Assembly: GCA_004431415.1 (NCBI GenBank)
Contig: QPMI01000193.1
Location: forward strand, 62,001 to 126,000
From: Cyanophora paradoxa CCMP329
Lineage: Eukaryota; Plantae; Glaucophyta
Direction of reading: 5' to 3'
Length of the DNA stretch: 64,000 bases
The number at the start of each line of letters is the position of its first letter. The first letter of the stretch is position 1. Position numbers and translations under genes: made by a program. This document shows positions 13,500-24,980 of the stretch, piece by piece. The notes below the pieces were generated by a model. The model saw nothing but the letters and a program-made list of their open reading frames with translations, was not told where the DNA came from and ran no database searches.

Positions 13500-14151
13500 G
13501 GGCGCGCCCCGCGTGCAGTGCTTTCTAGTCGGCCGCTCTAGATATGTAAGGTTTTGTCTTTAAAAATTTGCCTCTGGAATATCGAATTTTTGGCCACGGA
13601 AGAGCGAGTCCCTGCGGAGCAGGAGTGGTCTTGAGGTCTTGTGTCTTCAAGGCGTGAGGGTGGCCGCTCTTTGGTTTTAAACGGGTTAACGTGCAGGAGT
13701 GGCCATGCATTATTCTGGCGCGATGTTGTCACAGTACTGGTGTGGCGCGTGGCCTCTAGATCTCCGATCTGGGCCCGCGGCCGCTGCGATCATGATCATC
13801 CGTGGCATCTGCAGCTGCAGAGCGTTTGTAATTAATTACACCGCGGCCGGCATGCAGGGTAACGCGTGCGTTAAACGTTTGTGCAGGTCGACGTCTCTTA
13901 TATAGCCGGATTAATATTCGGAACTTCGTAATTGATTTGATCGTGGACCATGGCCATGTACGTGTACAGGTACACATATGCATTAAAAGTGCGGCGCGTG
14001 TTCAGGCCTAGGTGCTTCGGATTTCGATGGTTTGAATCATGAGTCGTGATTTTCGACTGTCTCGGTTCGGTGATCAGCGGGTCTCGTTCAACGTGGCGGC
14101 ACGGCGTACACAGGTCACGTCTGTTTATTTGGAGGGACACCGAGTCCGGTA

Positions 14152-17100
14152 CTAGCGGGGCGGGTCGCCCAACACGCCCCAAGACGCCTTGCTCTCCTTG
14201 CTGCCCGCCCCCGCCCGTTGCTGCCGTTGCTGAAGGAGCAAGGAAGAGGTGCGGCCCGTGGAGGCCCGGTCACATCTGCGGCGCACGTCGGCACGGGGGC
14301 GGGGGGCGGGCGGGCGCGGGGGCGGCACCCAGGCGAGCTCGTCCTCCGCCTCGGCGGCCGCCCCGCCCTCCTCGCCGTGGTCGTCGGCCACGTAGCCGGC
14401 GCCCTGCCCCCGCGCCGCGCCGCTCAGAGGCCGGAAGCCCGAAGGCGCGCCGCGCGGGCCCGGGGGCGGACCTGGGCCATGGCCTCGGCCGCCTCGTCCG
14501 CGGAGAGCAGGATCGAGTCGATGCGCAGGTCTAAGGGGGGGGGCACCCGATTCAGGAGGGGTGCGCGAGCAGAGACGGGGAACGGGGCGCGGACCGTAGG
14601 GGTTCTCGTGCTCGCTCGCGCGGGGGGCCTGGGGGCGCCTCAGGGGGACCGGGCGCGCGGCGCGGGGGCGGGCGGACCTCGGAGATCGAGCTGCCGACCT
14701 TGAGGATCTTGGGCCCGCTGCGGATGTGCACGACCTGGGGGGCCGTGAGGGGCGGGCGAGGGGGACTGGGGGCCGGAGGGGGCGGGGCGGGCCTTGGGCC
14801 CGTCGGAGGGGGCGGGGAGGCCCGGGAGCAGGTCCGCGGCGTCGTGCTCGTACGAGTCGGCGACCTGCGCGCGGCGCGGGGCGGGGTCGGGGCCTCAGCG
14901 CCGAGCGGGGGCCGGGGGAGGGGCGGGGGCCGGACCCGGGCGAACTCGGCGTCGTAGGCCGTGTCCACCGGCTCCGAGGCCTCCGTCACCACCTGCGCCC
15001 GGGGCGCCCCCGTGAGGGGCCCGCCGGGGCGGCCGAGGGGGCGCAGCGCCCCGCGCGCGCGCGCACGCGGATGCGGGAGAGGTCGGGGGCGTAGGCGGTC
15101 GCCTCGACGGCGTCCGAGCGGCCCGTCGCGTCCACGATCACCACGCGCTCCGCGTGGCCCTTCACCAGCCGCCCCATCGAGTCCACCCCGAACGTCCCGT
15201 CCTCCTCCTCCTCCTCCTCGCGCTCGCCGCGGCCGCGGTCGGCGCCGCCGCTGTGCGCCGCGTGGGCGGCCGGCACCGTATGCACCCGCGCCTGGGAAGC
15301 CGCCGGGGCAGCCGCTGCCTGCGGCAAGGGCGGGGGCGGGGCGGGGGCGGGGGCGCCGCGGCGCCCTCGCTCGCCTCCTCCTGCGCGGCCTGCGCGGGCT
15401 CGTGGTCAGAGCGGGCGGGGGCGGGGGCGGGGCGGGGGCCGGCGGCGGGGCCCTCGCGCACGGCGGCGGCCTTGCGCTCCGAGGCGTTGGTCTCCCAGTA
15501 GATGCCCCGCGGCAGCGCCCCCGACCGCTGGAACTCCTGCCCCCGCCGTGAGCGTGCGCATCGGGTGGGAGCCGGGTGGGCGGGCGCGGGGCGGGACCAT
15601 GTCGGGGAACATGCCGGGGAGCTGCTGCGGCTCCGGGAGGGGCGCGGCGGCGGGGGCGGTCTTGCCCGGCATCCCCTCGTAGAAGTACGCTGCGGGGGGC
15701 GCCCTCGTCGGATCGCGGGTTCGCTCTCGCGGGGCGCGCTGCTCTGCGTGGGGCGGGGCGCCGGCGCGCACTGTACGAGTCGACGGCGGAGAGCTCGTCG
15801 GCGGCGTCGACCGACTGCGGCTCCTCGTCGAGCTCGCGGCTCGGCGACACCGTCACCTGCTGCCCCGCCGCCCGGCCCCGTCAGGCGGGCAGGGGGCGGG
15901 GCGGGGCGGGGCGGGCGGGCCTTGGAGGAGAGGCCGCCGACGCGGGCCTCGCGGGTGCCCCCGACGCCGGCGAGGGCGTACGCGAGCTCCTCGGCCGTCG
16001 GGAGGGCGCGCGCGGGGCCGGGGCCGGCTCGGGGCGGGGCCTCGGGCTCCGCCTCCGCGCCGGGCGCCCCGCGCGGGCCGTTCCAGTAGGCCGCCAGGCC
16101 CCGCCCGCCACCCGCCCCGCCGCCCCGCTGTAGAAGTACGCTGCACCGGCCCCGGCCCTCGGCGGCCGCGCACGCGGGGCGGGGCGGGGCGCGCGGGGCG
16201 CGGGGCGCACTCGGCTCGTCGGCGTCGGCGGCGATGCACTGCACCTCGGCGTCGAGCTCGCTGCTCGGCGACACCGTCACCTGCCACCCCGCCCCGCCGT
16301 CAGGCCACCCGGGGCGGGGGCGGAGGCGGCGGGGCCGGGGGCGGGCCTTGGAGGAGAAGCCGCCGACGCGGGCGTGCGCGGCGCTGCCCGCCCCCGCCAG
16401 CGCGTACGCCACCTCCTCCGCCGACGGCAGCCGCCCCGCCGCCACCTGCGCCCCCCGCCGGCCCTCCGTCCCCGCCCCTCGCCTGCGCGCGCGCGGGGCG
16501 GCGGGGGCGGACGGACCGCGGCGACCTCGTGGCCGCGGGCGGCCTCGAACGAGGCCCTCGGGATGGCCTCCGCGATGCGCGACGAGATGTGCTCCGCCTG
16601 CGCCCCGGGGCCACCGAGCGAGGTCAGCCGGCGAGCCCGCGGGAGATCGCCGCCCGCCCTGCCCGCCGGCGGGACGCGCCGTGGCCGGCTCGAGGAGGAG
16701 GGAGAAGGCGTCCGTGTGGAGCAGCTCCTCCAGCGCCGGCGGCCCCGCCAGCGCCACCCCCTCTGCCGCCCCTCAGGCCCCGCCTCGGCGCCGCGAGCGG
16801 GCGGGGGCGGGCGGGCGGACCGTCGCCCTCGGCGAGGGCCTGGACGTCGGCGTCGAGCTGTTGCTGCTGCTGCGTCGGCTGCGCAGCCGCGCCCGCCCCT
16901 CAGCGCGCCGCGCGGGCGGGCGGGGCGGGCGGGCGGGCGGGGCGGGGGCGCCTGGATGTCGTCGACGCCGAGGGTCGGCACGGGCGGCTTCTCCGAGGCC
17001 GGCACGAACCTGCCGCCCCCGCTCGGCCCGGCCCGGGGGCGCGGGGGCCGGGAGGGGCGCGGGGCGCACGCGAAGCCGCCCTGCTCGGCGAGCGCGAGGA

Positions 17101-18625
17101 TGTCCTCCATGCTCACCCCCGCCTCCTCCTCCTCCTCCTCCTCCTCTCCCTCCGCCCCCTCCGCGCCCTCGCCCTCCGCCGCCTCCTCCTTGGCACCGGT
17201 CCCCTCCCCCTCGGCGCCGGCCTCTTCCTCCGCCTCGCCGGCGGCGGCGCCCTTCTCCTCCTGCTCCTCCGCCTCCTGCTCCTCGGTCGCCTCTGCCGCG
17301 CCCTCCTCCGCAGCCGCCTCCTCCTCGCCCTCGGCCTCCGCCTCGGGGGCGGGGGCGGGGGCGAGGATGCCGATTGCCGCGGCGGCCTCGGCGGCGGCGG
17401 CCTGGGCGAGGGCGGCGGCGGAGACGCCGGCCTTGGCCGCCTCCGGCACGAGGTCGTCGCTCGTCACCTTGCCTACCGCCGCCTCCTCCGCCCCGCCGGC
17501 CGCCGCCGCCGCCGCCTCCTCGCCGCCCTCGGGCGCGTCGGCAGCGCCGGCCTCCGCCTCCTCCCCGGCCTCCTCGCCGGGGGCCCCGCCCTCCTCCTCC
17601 TCCTCCTCCTCGTCGCCGGCCCCCTCGCCCTCCGCCGCCTCCCCGGCGGCTTCCTCCGCGGCGCCCTCCGCCTGCGCCGCCGCCTCCTCCCCGCCCTCCT
17701 CGCCGTCGCCCTCCTCCTCGTCCTCTCCCGCGGCGGCCTCGGGGGCGGCGGCCTCCGCCTCCTCGCCATCGCCCCCGGCCTCGCCGGCCGCCGCGGCGTC
17801 CTCCTCCCCCTCGCCCTCGCCCTCGGCGTCGGTCTCGCCGCCCTCGGCGCCCTCCTCGGCGCCCTCGGCGGGCGGGCGGGGATGATCGCGACCGCGCGGC
17901 CCGGCAGCGGCGGCGGCGCCTCCGAGACGTGCGGCACCGCTCCCGTGCGGAACAGGTGCAGCGCAGCCTGCCCGGGCCCGGGGCCCCGGCGGTCAGCTCC
18001 GCTTCCGGCCCGGGCCGCTGCGGGGGCGCACCTGTGCCGAGTTCGGGTGCACCCCGCTCGGGATGTCGTCCTCGTCGAAGGCCGGGGGCGGCGCCCGCTC
18101 GGCGCGCAGGCCGCCCGCCTGGTTCGAGAAGGAGACCCCGGCGCCTGCTGCGGGGCCGGCGTCAGCGGCGGGGCAGCGTGCGGCGGGCGCGCGCTCACCG
18201 CTCGGCGCGGCGAAGCCGCCGCTCGGGGCGAGCTGCGGTGCTGGCGGTGCCGGCGGGGCCGGCGGGGCCGCCGCCTCCGCATGCTCCACGGTCTGCAACG
18301 GCGGCGCCGGCGGGACGGCAAGTTTCAACGGCGGCGCCGGCGGCACGACGCCCTGCACCGGAGGCGCCGGTCGGCCGTCCGTGACGACGAGGCGGCTGTG
18401 CTGCATCGGCGGTGCAGGCGGCGCGTGCATCTGCGGAGGCGCCTGGAACTGCTGGACGGGCTGCGCCAGCGGGGCCTGCTGTACGGCCCCCGGGCGGGCG
18501 CCGAAGCTCCACGCCGGGTCGCGGTGGAAATCAACGTCCGTTTCGAAGTGTGGCCCGGCGGCGATGCCCAGCCTGTTGGCCGCCTGCGGCTGACCGTGGA
18601 CGTAGTTTCGCATGCCAGGCGGCAT
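14152..18625 (-). CDS. Uncharacterised multi-exon protein: Pro-rich N-terminus, long Glu/Ala-rich tract, duplicated internal module
   Basis: ATG at 18625 (MPPGMRNYVHG..); PPAPP repeats; E/A-rich exon about 17070-17880; module LPxAEExAYALAG..ARVGGxSSK|VTVSPSxELD occurs twice. 3' end approximate. Confidence 0.6.
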
Positions 18626-19287
18626 TTCGTTTGTCCGCTCGCTCGAAACGAAGGGCTAGTACACTTTCGCCTGCGGAAGCGAGCGTCGGTGGGCGTCCGC
18701 GGAACATGTGGGCGCTGGCGGGCCGAGGCGGACCGAAACGCGTAGCTAGGCTTTATCTGCACGTGAGCTCGCTCAAGCGCTCCTTAACGGGCGCTAGCCG
18801 TGCCCCGCTGCGCTGCTGCTTTGTGTCGGTTAGGAAGACGCCGACGCACCAACCCTCGGCGGTCTGGCCGGAAGAGAGATTTTAGCTCTTCCTTCTCTAG
18901 TTCGCACCTTGGAACGTCCCGCAGCGTACTACCGATACTGAGCCGGGTACTCGTGGACGGGGTACCGTGTTTAGGACTCGATGGGAACCGGTCGTCTCCG
19001 GATCCAGAGCGCTAGCGCTATAGCTGCGTTCGATGTTGATCGTCGGACTCTAGCTATAGATCTAGATATCCAGAAAAAGCGCGCTTGCACTTGACCAGCT
19101 GCGCATGCAGCGCGTCTCGACGAGCTACAGCAGCCTGACGAGCAACACGTACAGCAGTACTAGCGGGAGTGTTTCTGACGGGAGCTCGAGGCCGATTTCT
19201 TCGAATTCCTCATAGCTAACTACGCGCGCGAGCGACACTGGCCCAGTACGAGTGCCCCGGGCCAATATGCATGTCGGGAGGCAAGGC

Positions 19288-20423
19288 CTACGCATATATA
19301 TTATAGGCGCCGTAGGCCTGGAGGGGCGCGCCGCGGCGCGGGCGCGGACCCCGGGGCCAAGGCGCCTTGGGCGGCCCCTGAGGCCGGCCCGCCGGGCGCG
19401 GCAGGGCGACGGGCGGGGCAGACGGCGCGCGGCAATGGCCCGCCCGGGTCCTCTTCCGGGAGGCCGCCGGAGGCCGGGGGGGCGCGGGCGCGGACCCCGG
19501 GCCAGGGCGCCCTGGGCGGCCCTCAGGGGCGCGGCGGGGCGGCGGGGCGGCAGCGGGGCGGCGGGCGGGTCGGACCGGAGGGGCAGGCGGTCGGCGGGCC
19601 GCAGCGCGAACAGCTCGGGCGGGCAGCGCCTCTCGCGGCACCGGCCCACCGCGGCATGCGAGGGGGGTACCCGTCGGCGCGGCTCGAAGCCGGCGCGAGA
19701 GCGCGGGGCCGGGGTACCTGCTGGACGCGCCGGCTGATCTCGGCGAGCGAGGGGGCCGGGTGCTGCGGGGGTACAGGCTCAGCAGGAGCAGAGGCCGGAC
19801 TGGGGGGAGGGAAAGGGCGGGCACCTCGGGGTCCCAGCGGAGGGGGGGCACGGCGGCGAGGGCGCGCAGCTCGGCGGGGGCGCCGTCGCCCTTGGGCCAC
19901 TCGAACGGGGCGCGCGTCACGGCGATGATGGCCTGCCGGGCGCCGCGGCGCGGGGCGTGAGGGGCCGGGCGGGGCTGGGGGCGGGGCGGGGCGGGGCACC
20001 ATGCCGGCGGCGAAGGCGTGGGCGGCGGCCCTTCGGCAGAGGTGGTCCCCGTCGCCGGCGTCGAACGCCCCCACGAGCCTGCGGCGCAGAGCCGGCCCGG
20101 CGCGCGCGGTCGGCGCCGCGGGGCGGGCGGAGGGGCGGGGCGGCGCGCCTGCCCTTCTCGTCGCGGGCGGCCGTGAGGACGAGCACGAGGCACGCGCAGG
20201 AGCTCACGGCGCGGGCGTCGCCCCCGAGCACCGCCGAGTACCTGCCGCCGCCGCCGCGTCGGGCGCGGCGCCTCGGGCGGGGCGCGGGGGCCGCGGGGTT
20301 GAGGTGCGCGCGGGGCCGGACCCGTGCGTCTTGAGGAAGAGCTCGACGAGCTGCGCGAGGTCCGAGCCCGACGCCCGCGGCTGGAAGCCGTGGTGCCGCT
20401 CGAAGTCCTCAATCTGGGAAAGC
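19288..20423 (-). pseudogene. Inverted partial duplicate (TIR region only) of the gene at 30270-32349; truncated paralog or pseudogene
   Basis: 19430-20423 is the near-identical reverse complement of about 30419-31428, introns included. It has a 24-nt in-frame deletion removing HAFLAFKR and lacks the coiled coil and zinc knuckle. Confidence 0.8.
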
Positions 20424-21004
20424 GAGCGCGTGTCACTACTGATCAGGCGGCAGCACGACCGCGTCCGGGCTACGTTCACCGGAGCTGGGAGTGTTTGCCC
20501 GCCCGCGCAGTGCGTCCCAGATATGCTGGCGACGGGAGCCTAGTCCTGCTCGCTAACGATGCGAGCGGCGCTGGCGGAAGACGAGTCCGAGGCCTAGGCC
20601 TAGACCTTGAGCTCTCTGCAGCTGATGAGCCCAGCTCAAGGCGCATGTGCACGCGAGCTCGAGCAAGCGCGCGCGGCGGCGCTGGCTGTGGCTGCAATTT
20701 CGGAATGGGGGCGTGTACAGAGCCCCGAGCTCAGAGCCAAGCCTGGCAAGCCTGGCAAGCCAAGGCCGAGGGGTACATGTTTGCCATGGGCTTTGGGGTA
20801 CGGCGAAATAGACGAATTGGACTCATTATCAGTCTCTTTATCAGAGCCTATACTGTGGCGAGTCCATCATGAGCTCGAGTCCGACGCCTAAGGGGCGCAG
20901 TGCACCCCTCTCTAGGGCCTCAGATCTAGAGACCAGCCATCGCGCCTCTCCAGTGTCGCTAGGACCGGCGTGCGCGCGCGCAGCTAGGGATAGCGTTAGG
21001 AAAG

Positions 21005-23800
21005 ATGCTCGGCGCCCGCATCGCGCGGGCCGTAGCCAGCAGCAGCGTCCTCTCGCCGCGCTGCTCCGGCGCCCTCCAGTCATCGTCCGCGCTCAAGGCC
21101 TCCGATGCCGCGGTCGCCGCGCTGAGGTGCAGCCCGGCGCTCGCATCTCGCGGGTTCTTCCAGGGCACGTTCAACACGTACGCGCGTGTTGCGATCATCG
21201 GCGTTAAGCCGCAGCAGCTCGCGAAGGCCGTCGCCGCCGGCGACGCGTCGGCGCTCAGCGATGCAGTCAAGTCCAGCCTCGTTCAACGCTCCGGCTTTGC
21301 CACCAGCAACAAGAACCGCGGCGGCCGCCCGCAGAAGCAGGCCGCAAGCAAGTGGGATCTCGGTGTCCGGTGCGCATGCGCGCGCATGGGTCGGGTTGGG
21401 GCCGTCGGGCTTCCGATTACGCTCTAAACGCCTTTCGACGTCGCGTACGCAAACGTACACGCGCTGACGCGTCGCGCTGGGCAGGTCCGTGATGCCGCAG
21501 TGGAAGGAGATGCTCACCGACCCGCACGTCAAGGACGACTTCCTCGCCGGCATCACGGTCGCCTGCGTTGCCGTTCCCCTGTGCGTACATTCCGGGCGCA
21601 GCGCGCAGCTCGCCGTGCCCGCCCCGCCTCTGATGGGCCCCGCGCGCAGCTCGCTGGCTATCGGCATTGCCTCCGGCATGACTGCCGTCGACGGCCTCAA
21701 TGCGGCCATAGCCTCGGGCGTTATTTGCGGCTTCCTCGGCGGCACGCCCATCGGCATCGCCGGGTGCGGCCGCCGCGTCGCATCGGCAGCGGTTCGCGAG
21801 CTGACGGGGCGCGGCGCAGCCCGACGGCCGCGATGGCTCCGGTCGTCTTCAACGTGCTCCAGACCGCTGGCGCGCCCGGTCTCTTCTTCGTCACGCTCGT
21901 CGCCGGCCTTCTCCAGACCGCGACCGGTGTGCTCGGTGTCGGCCACCTGATCCGCTTCATGCCCTCGCCCGTCATTATGGCGTTCACCACCGGTATCGCC
22001 GCCATCATTGCCGTCGGCCAGGTCAGCTTCGCCTCGCTTGTCCGCGCCGGCGCGCGCCGCGGGAGCTGACGGCGGCGGCCGCAGATGCCGCGCGCGCTGG
22101 GCATCACGGCGGCGAAGAACCCCGGCATCGTGACGACGCTGGAGCACGTGGCGTCGATGTCGGCGCACTACGTGCCGCACGCCATCGGCATCGCGGCGCT
22201 CACCATCCTCATCAACGTCTACCTCCCCAAGCTCACGAAGAAGATCCCCGCCACCCTCGCCGCCGTCGTCGGCGCCGCCGCCATCGCCAGCGCCGCCCAC
22301 TTCCCCGTCCAGTTCATCACCGGTGCGCTCCCCTTCCTTTCCCCCGCCCCCGTTTCCTTTTCCGACGCGCGGGGGCGGCGGCAGGCATCCCGACGGGCCT
22401 GCCGCCCATCCACATGCCGGGCCTGCCGGACCCGGCGCAGATCCCCTTCATCCTCAACAGCGCCGTCCTCGTCTGGGCCTTCGCCTCCCTCGAGTCCCTC
22501 CTCTCCGGCGTCGCCGTCGTGCGTCCACCCCCGCCCCCCTCCCCCGCGCCCCGCCCGAGCCCCGCCCGCAGGACAAGATCACCAAGCCTAAGGAGTTCCA
22601 CAAGCACGACCCCAGCCAGGAGCTCATCGGCCAGGTGCCCCCGCCCGTGACCTGTACCCCCCGTGCCGGAGCTGAGCGGGCGGCGGCGCAGGGCCTGTCC
22701 AACGTCGGCATCGCCTTCCTCGGCGCCGTCCCCGCGGCCGGTGTCGTCGTCCGCTCCTCGCTCAACGCCTCGGTCAGCTCGCGCGCGCCCCGCCGGCGCC
22801 GCTCAGCCAAGCCGCGCTGACGCCCCGCGCCAGTCCGGAGGCAAGACGCGGCGCTCGGGCCTGTTCCAGTCGTGCATGGTCGTCGGCTGCGTGGCGGGCC
22901 TGGGCTGGGTGCTCGAGTTCGTCCCCATCCCCGCCCTCGCCGGCGTCCTCCTCCTCGTCGGCTACCGTATGATCAACCCGGGTGCGCCCCGCCCCCTCCC
23001 GCGCTAACTCACGCCGCCCCGCCCCCCGCCTCGGCTCACGCGCTCGCCCGGGCAGCCGACATCGCGTACCTGGCGCGCGTGTCGCCCCTCGAGTTCGGCA
23101 TCTTCACCGCGACCGTCTCGACCATCATGCTCCAGGACATGATGTCCGGTCCGTCGCGCCCCCCCCGGCAGGCCCCGCCCCGCCGGCCTGACGCCCGCGC
23201 AGGCATCCAGCTGGGGGTGGCGGCTGAGATCGCGCACCTCTTCTGGGCGCGGCACAAGGCGGAGTCGCCGCTGCTCGAGGGCTTCAGCTACCGGGCGATC
23301 CTGGACCCGTCGTGGATCTACGCGGCCGGCGGCTCGGACGTCAAGTCGGTCGTCCTCGAGCTCTCCGGCAACATGGACTTCACCGCCATCTTCAAGCTCG
23401 AGGACATGAAGGCCGACCTCAAGCAGGTGCCACCCCCCGCCCCGCGCCTCCCTCCGAGGCCCCTCGCCCCCGCGCTGACGCGGGTGCGGCAGCCGCTCTT
23501 CTTCACGGACGAGACGGCGGCGGGCCTGCTGCGCAAGGGCCAGCTCGAGATCGACGCGCGCGACATCGGCGCCGTCGACTTCACCGGCCTCGAGGCCTTC
23601 GTCGGCCTCCTCGAGGACATGGTCCGCCCGCCTCCTCAAATCTGTGAAACATTTGATCCGAGCCTGACCGGCGGCGGCAGATCAACATGGGCGTCTACGT
23701 GCACTTCACGGACGACGTTGCGACGCAGGAGTTCTGCCGCCGCGTCCTCACCGCCGACAAGCGCGGCATCGTCCGTCGCAACCTCCAGCTCTACATGTAA
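21005..23800 (+). CDS. SulP/SLC26 anion (sulfate/bicarbonate/dicarboxylate) transporter with STAS domain and an N-terminal organelle-targeting-like extension
   Basis: 13 exons by my count: DDFLAGITVACVAVPLSLAIGIASG, IAGPTAAM, LIRFMPSPVIMAFTTGIA, SQELIGQGLSN, RSSLNASSGGKTRRSG, VPIPALAGVLLLVG, STAS-like IDARDIGAVDFTGLEAF; stop TAA 23798-23800. Confidence 0.93.
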
Positions 23801-24980
23801 ACCTCCCAACGGCGTGTGCATGTAACCCGTTCCCGCTGGACGAGCAACGTTCCTCAGCACACCTAGTCCCCTCTCCCCCAGCCCCCCCATGGGCTCTTTT
23901 TTTCCAAGCGAGCCGCGCCTCCCGGCTCCGCCTAGTAAGCGGACGTGGCGTGTGCCGTCATGATCGTTGCAGGTCGCGTTGCGCCGTTTCATTTAATATT
24001 TGGCAGCTGCAGCGATCCTGCGGCCCATACTTGCAAATCGATCTGAGAGCATATCAGACGTGTACTTTCCTCGGGTGTCACAGTGTGTAGGCGAGTGCGC
24101 TCTCCGCGAGGCACTCACGGTCGGTAGCGTAGCCTTTTATACATGCCAGCTAGACTTTATGCAGTCAACGTTGTACCAATAATGAGTTTTGGGTCCCGAC
24201 TTCCTTTCGGTCGTCATGGGCGGCTGCGTGCTGCACGGGCGCGACTCGTCGTCCCCTTCCTCGACTTGCCACAGTGTACAATTTGAATGAAAATAAACCG
24301 GAACATGTATCCCTAACTTCGATGCCCAGGCAGGATGCCCTTGCCTGCATTAGTGCGACTGCCACTCTACTAATCTAGCTGTAGATCTAGCTATACATAG
24401 CCTGGTAGAAAGCGCGAGCGGCCCGCGGGCCGCGGCCGGCGGCAACGTGAACTCCGAGGCTCGGCTAGCTATAGCTATCACAGTATTGCATGGCGCCGGC
24501 GCCGGCGCGTCCGGCTCGCGCGGCGCGCGCGGCCGCCGGGCGGCCCGGGCCTACGTATACCGGTAGTAGGTCCGGTACGCGTACCGCCGCCGGTGCGTAC
24601 GTGTTGCAATTGCGATTGCGTCGACGTCGGTTCGGAATTTCTCGGGCCGCCGCGAATTTCTGGTGAAGTTTGTGTGCGCCGGTACCCCCCTCAACCACGT
24701 GCACGGCGCTGGCCGCGCCGGCGCGTCGTAAATTCAGCCGGGGCGCGACCGCCCCAGCGCGCCATTCTCAAGCTGGGTCGAGCAACAATCTTGCCGCTCT
24801 CACACAACCGTCCGTCGCGGCGCCCGCTTCGACATCAGGCCTCGGCCGGCTCCCGGCGCTCTCGCGCGCGCGCGGCCCAGTGGCCGGCGGTGTTAGCTTG
24901 CGCCATACTTTAGCATGCAGAAGCACATACTACCTAGCGCTTGCCCGGCCGCGGCGCGCGCCTTCTACCTGGCGCTAGCA

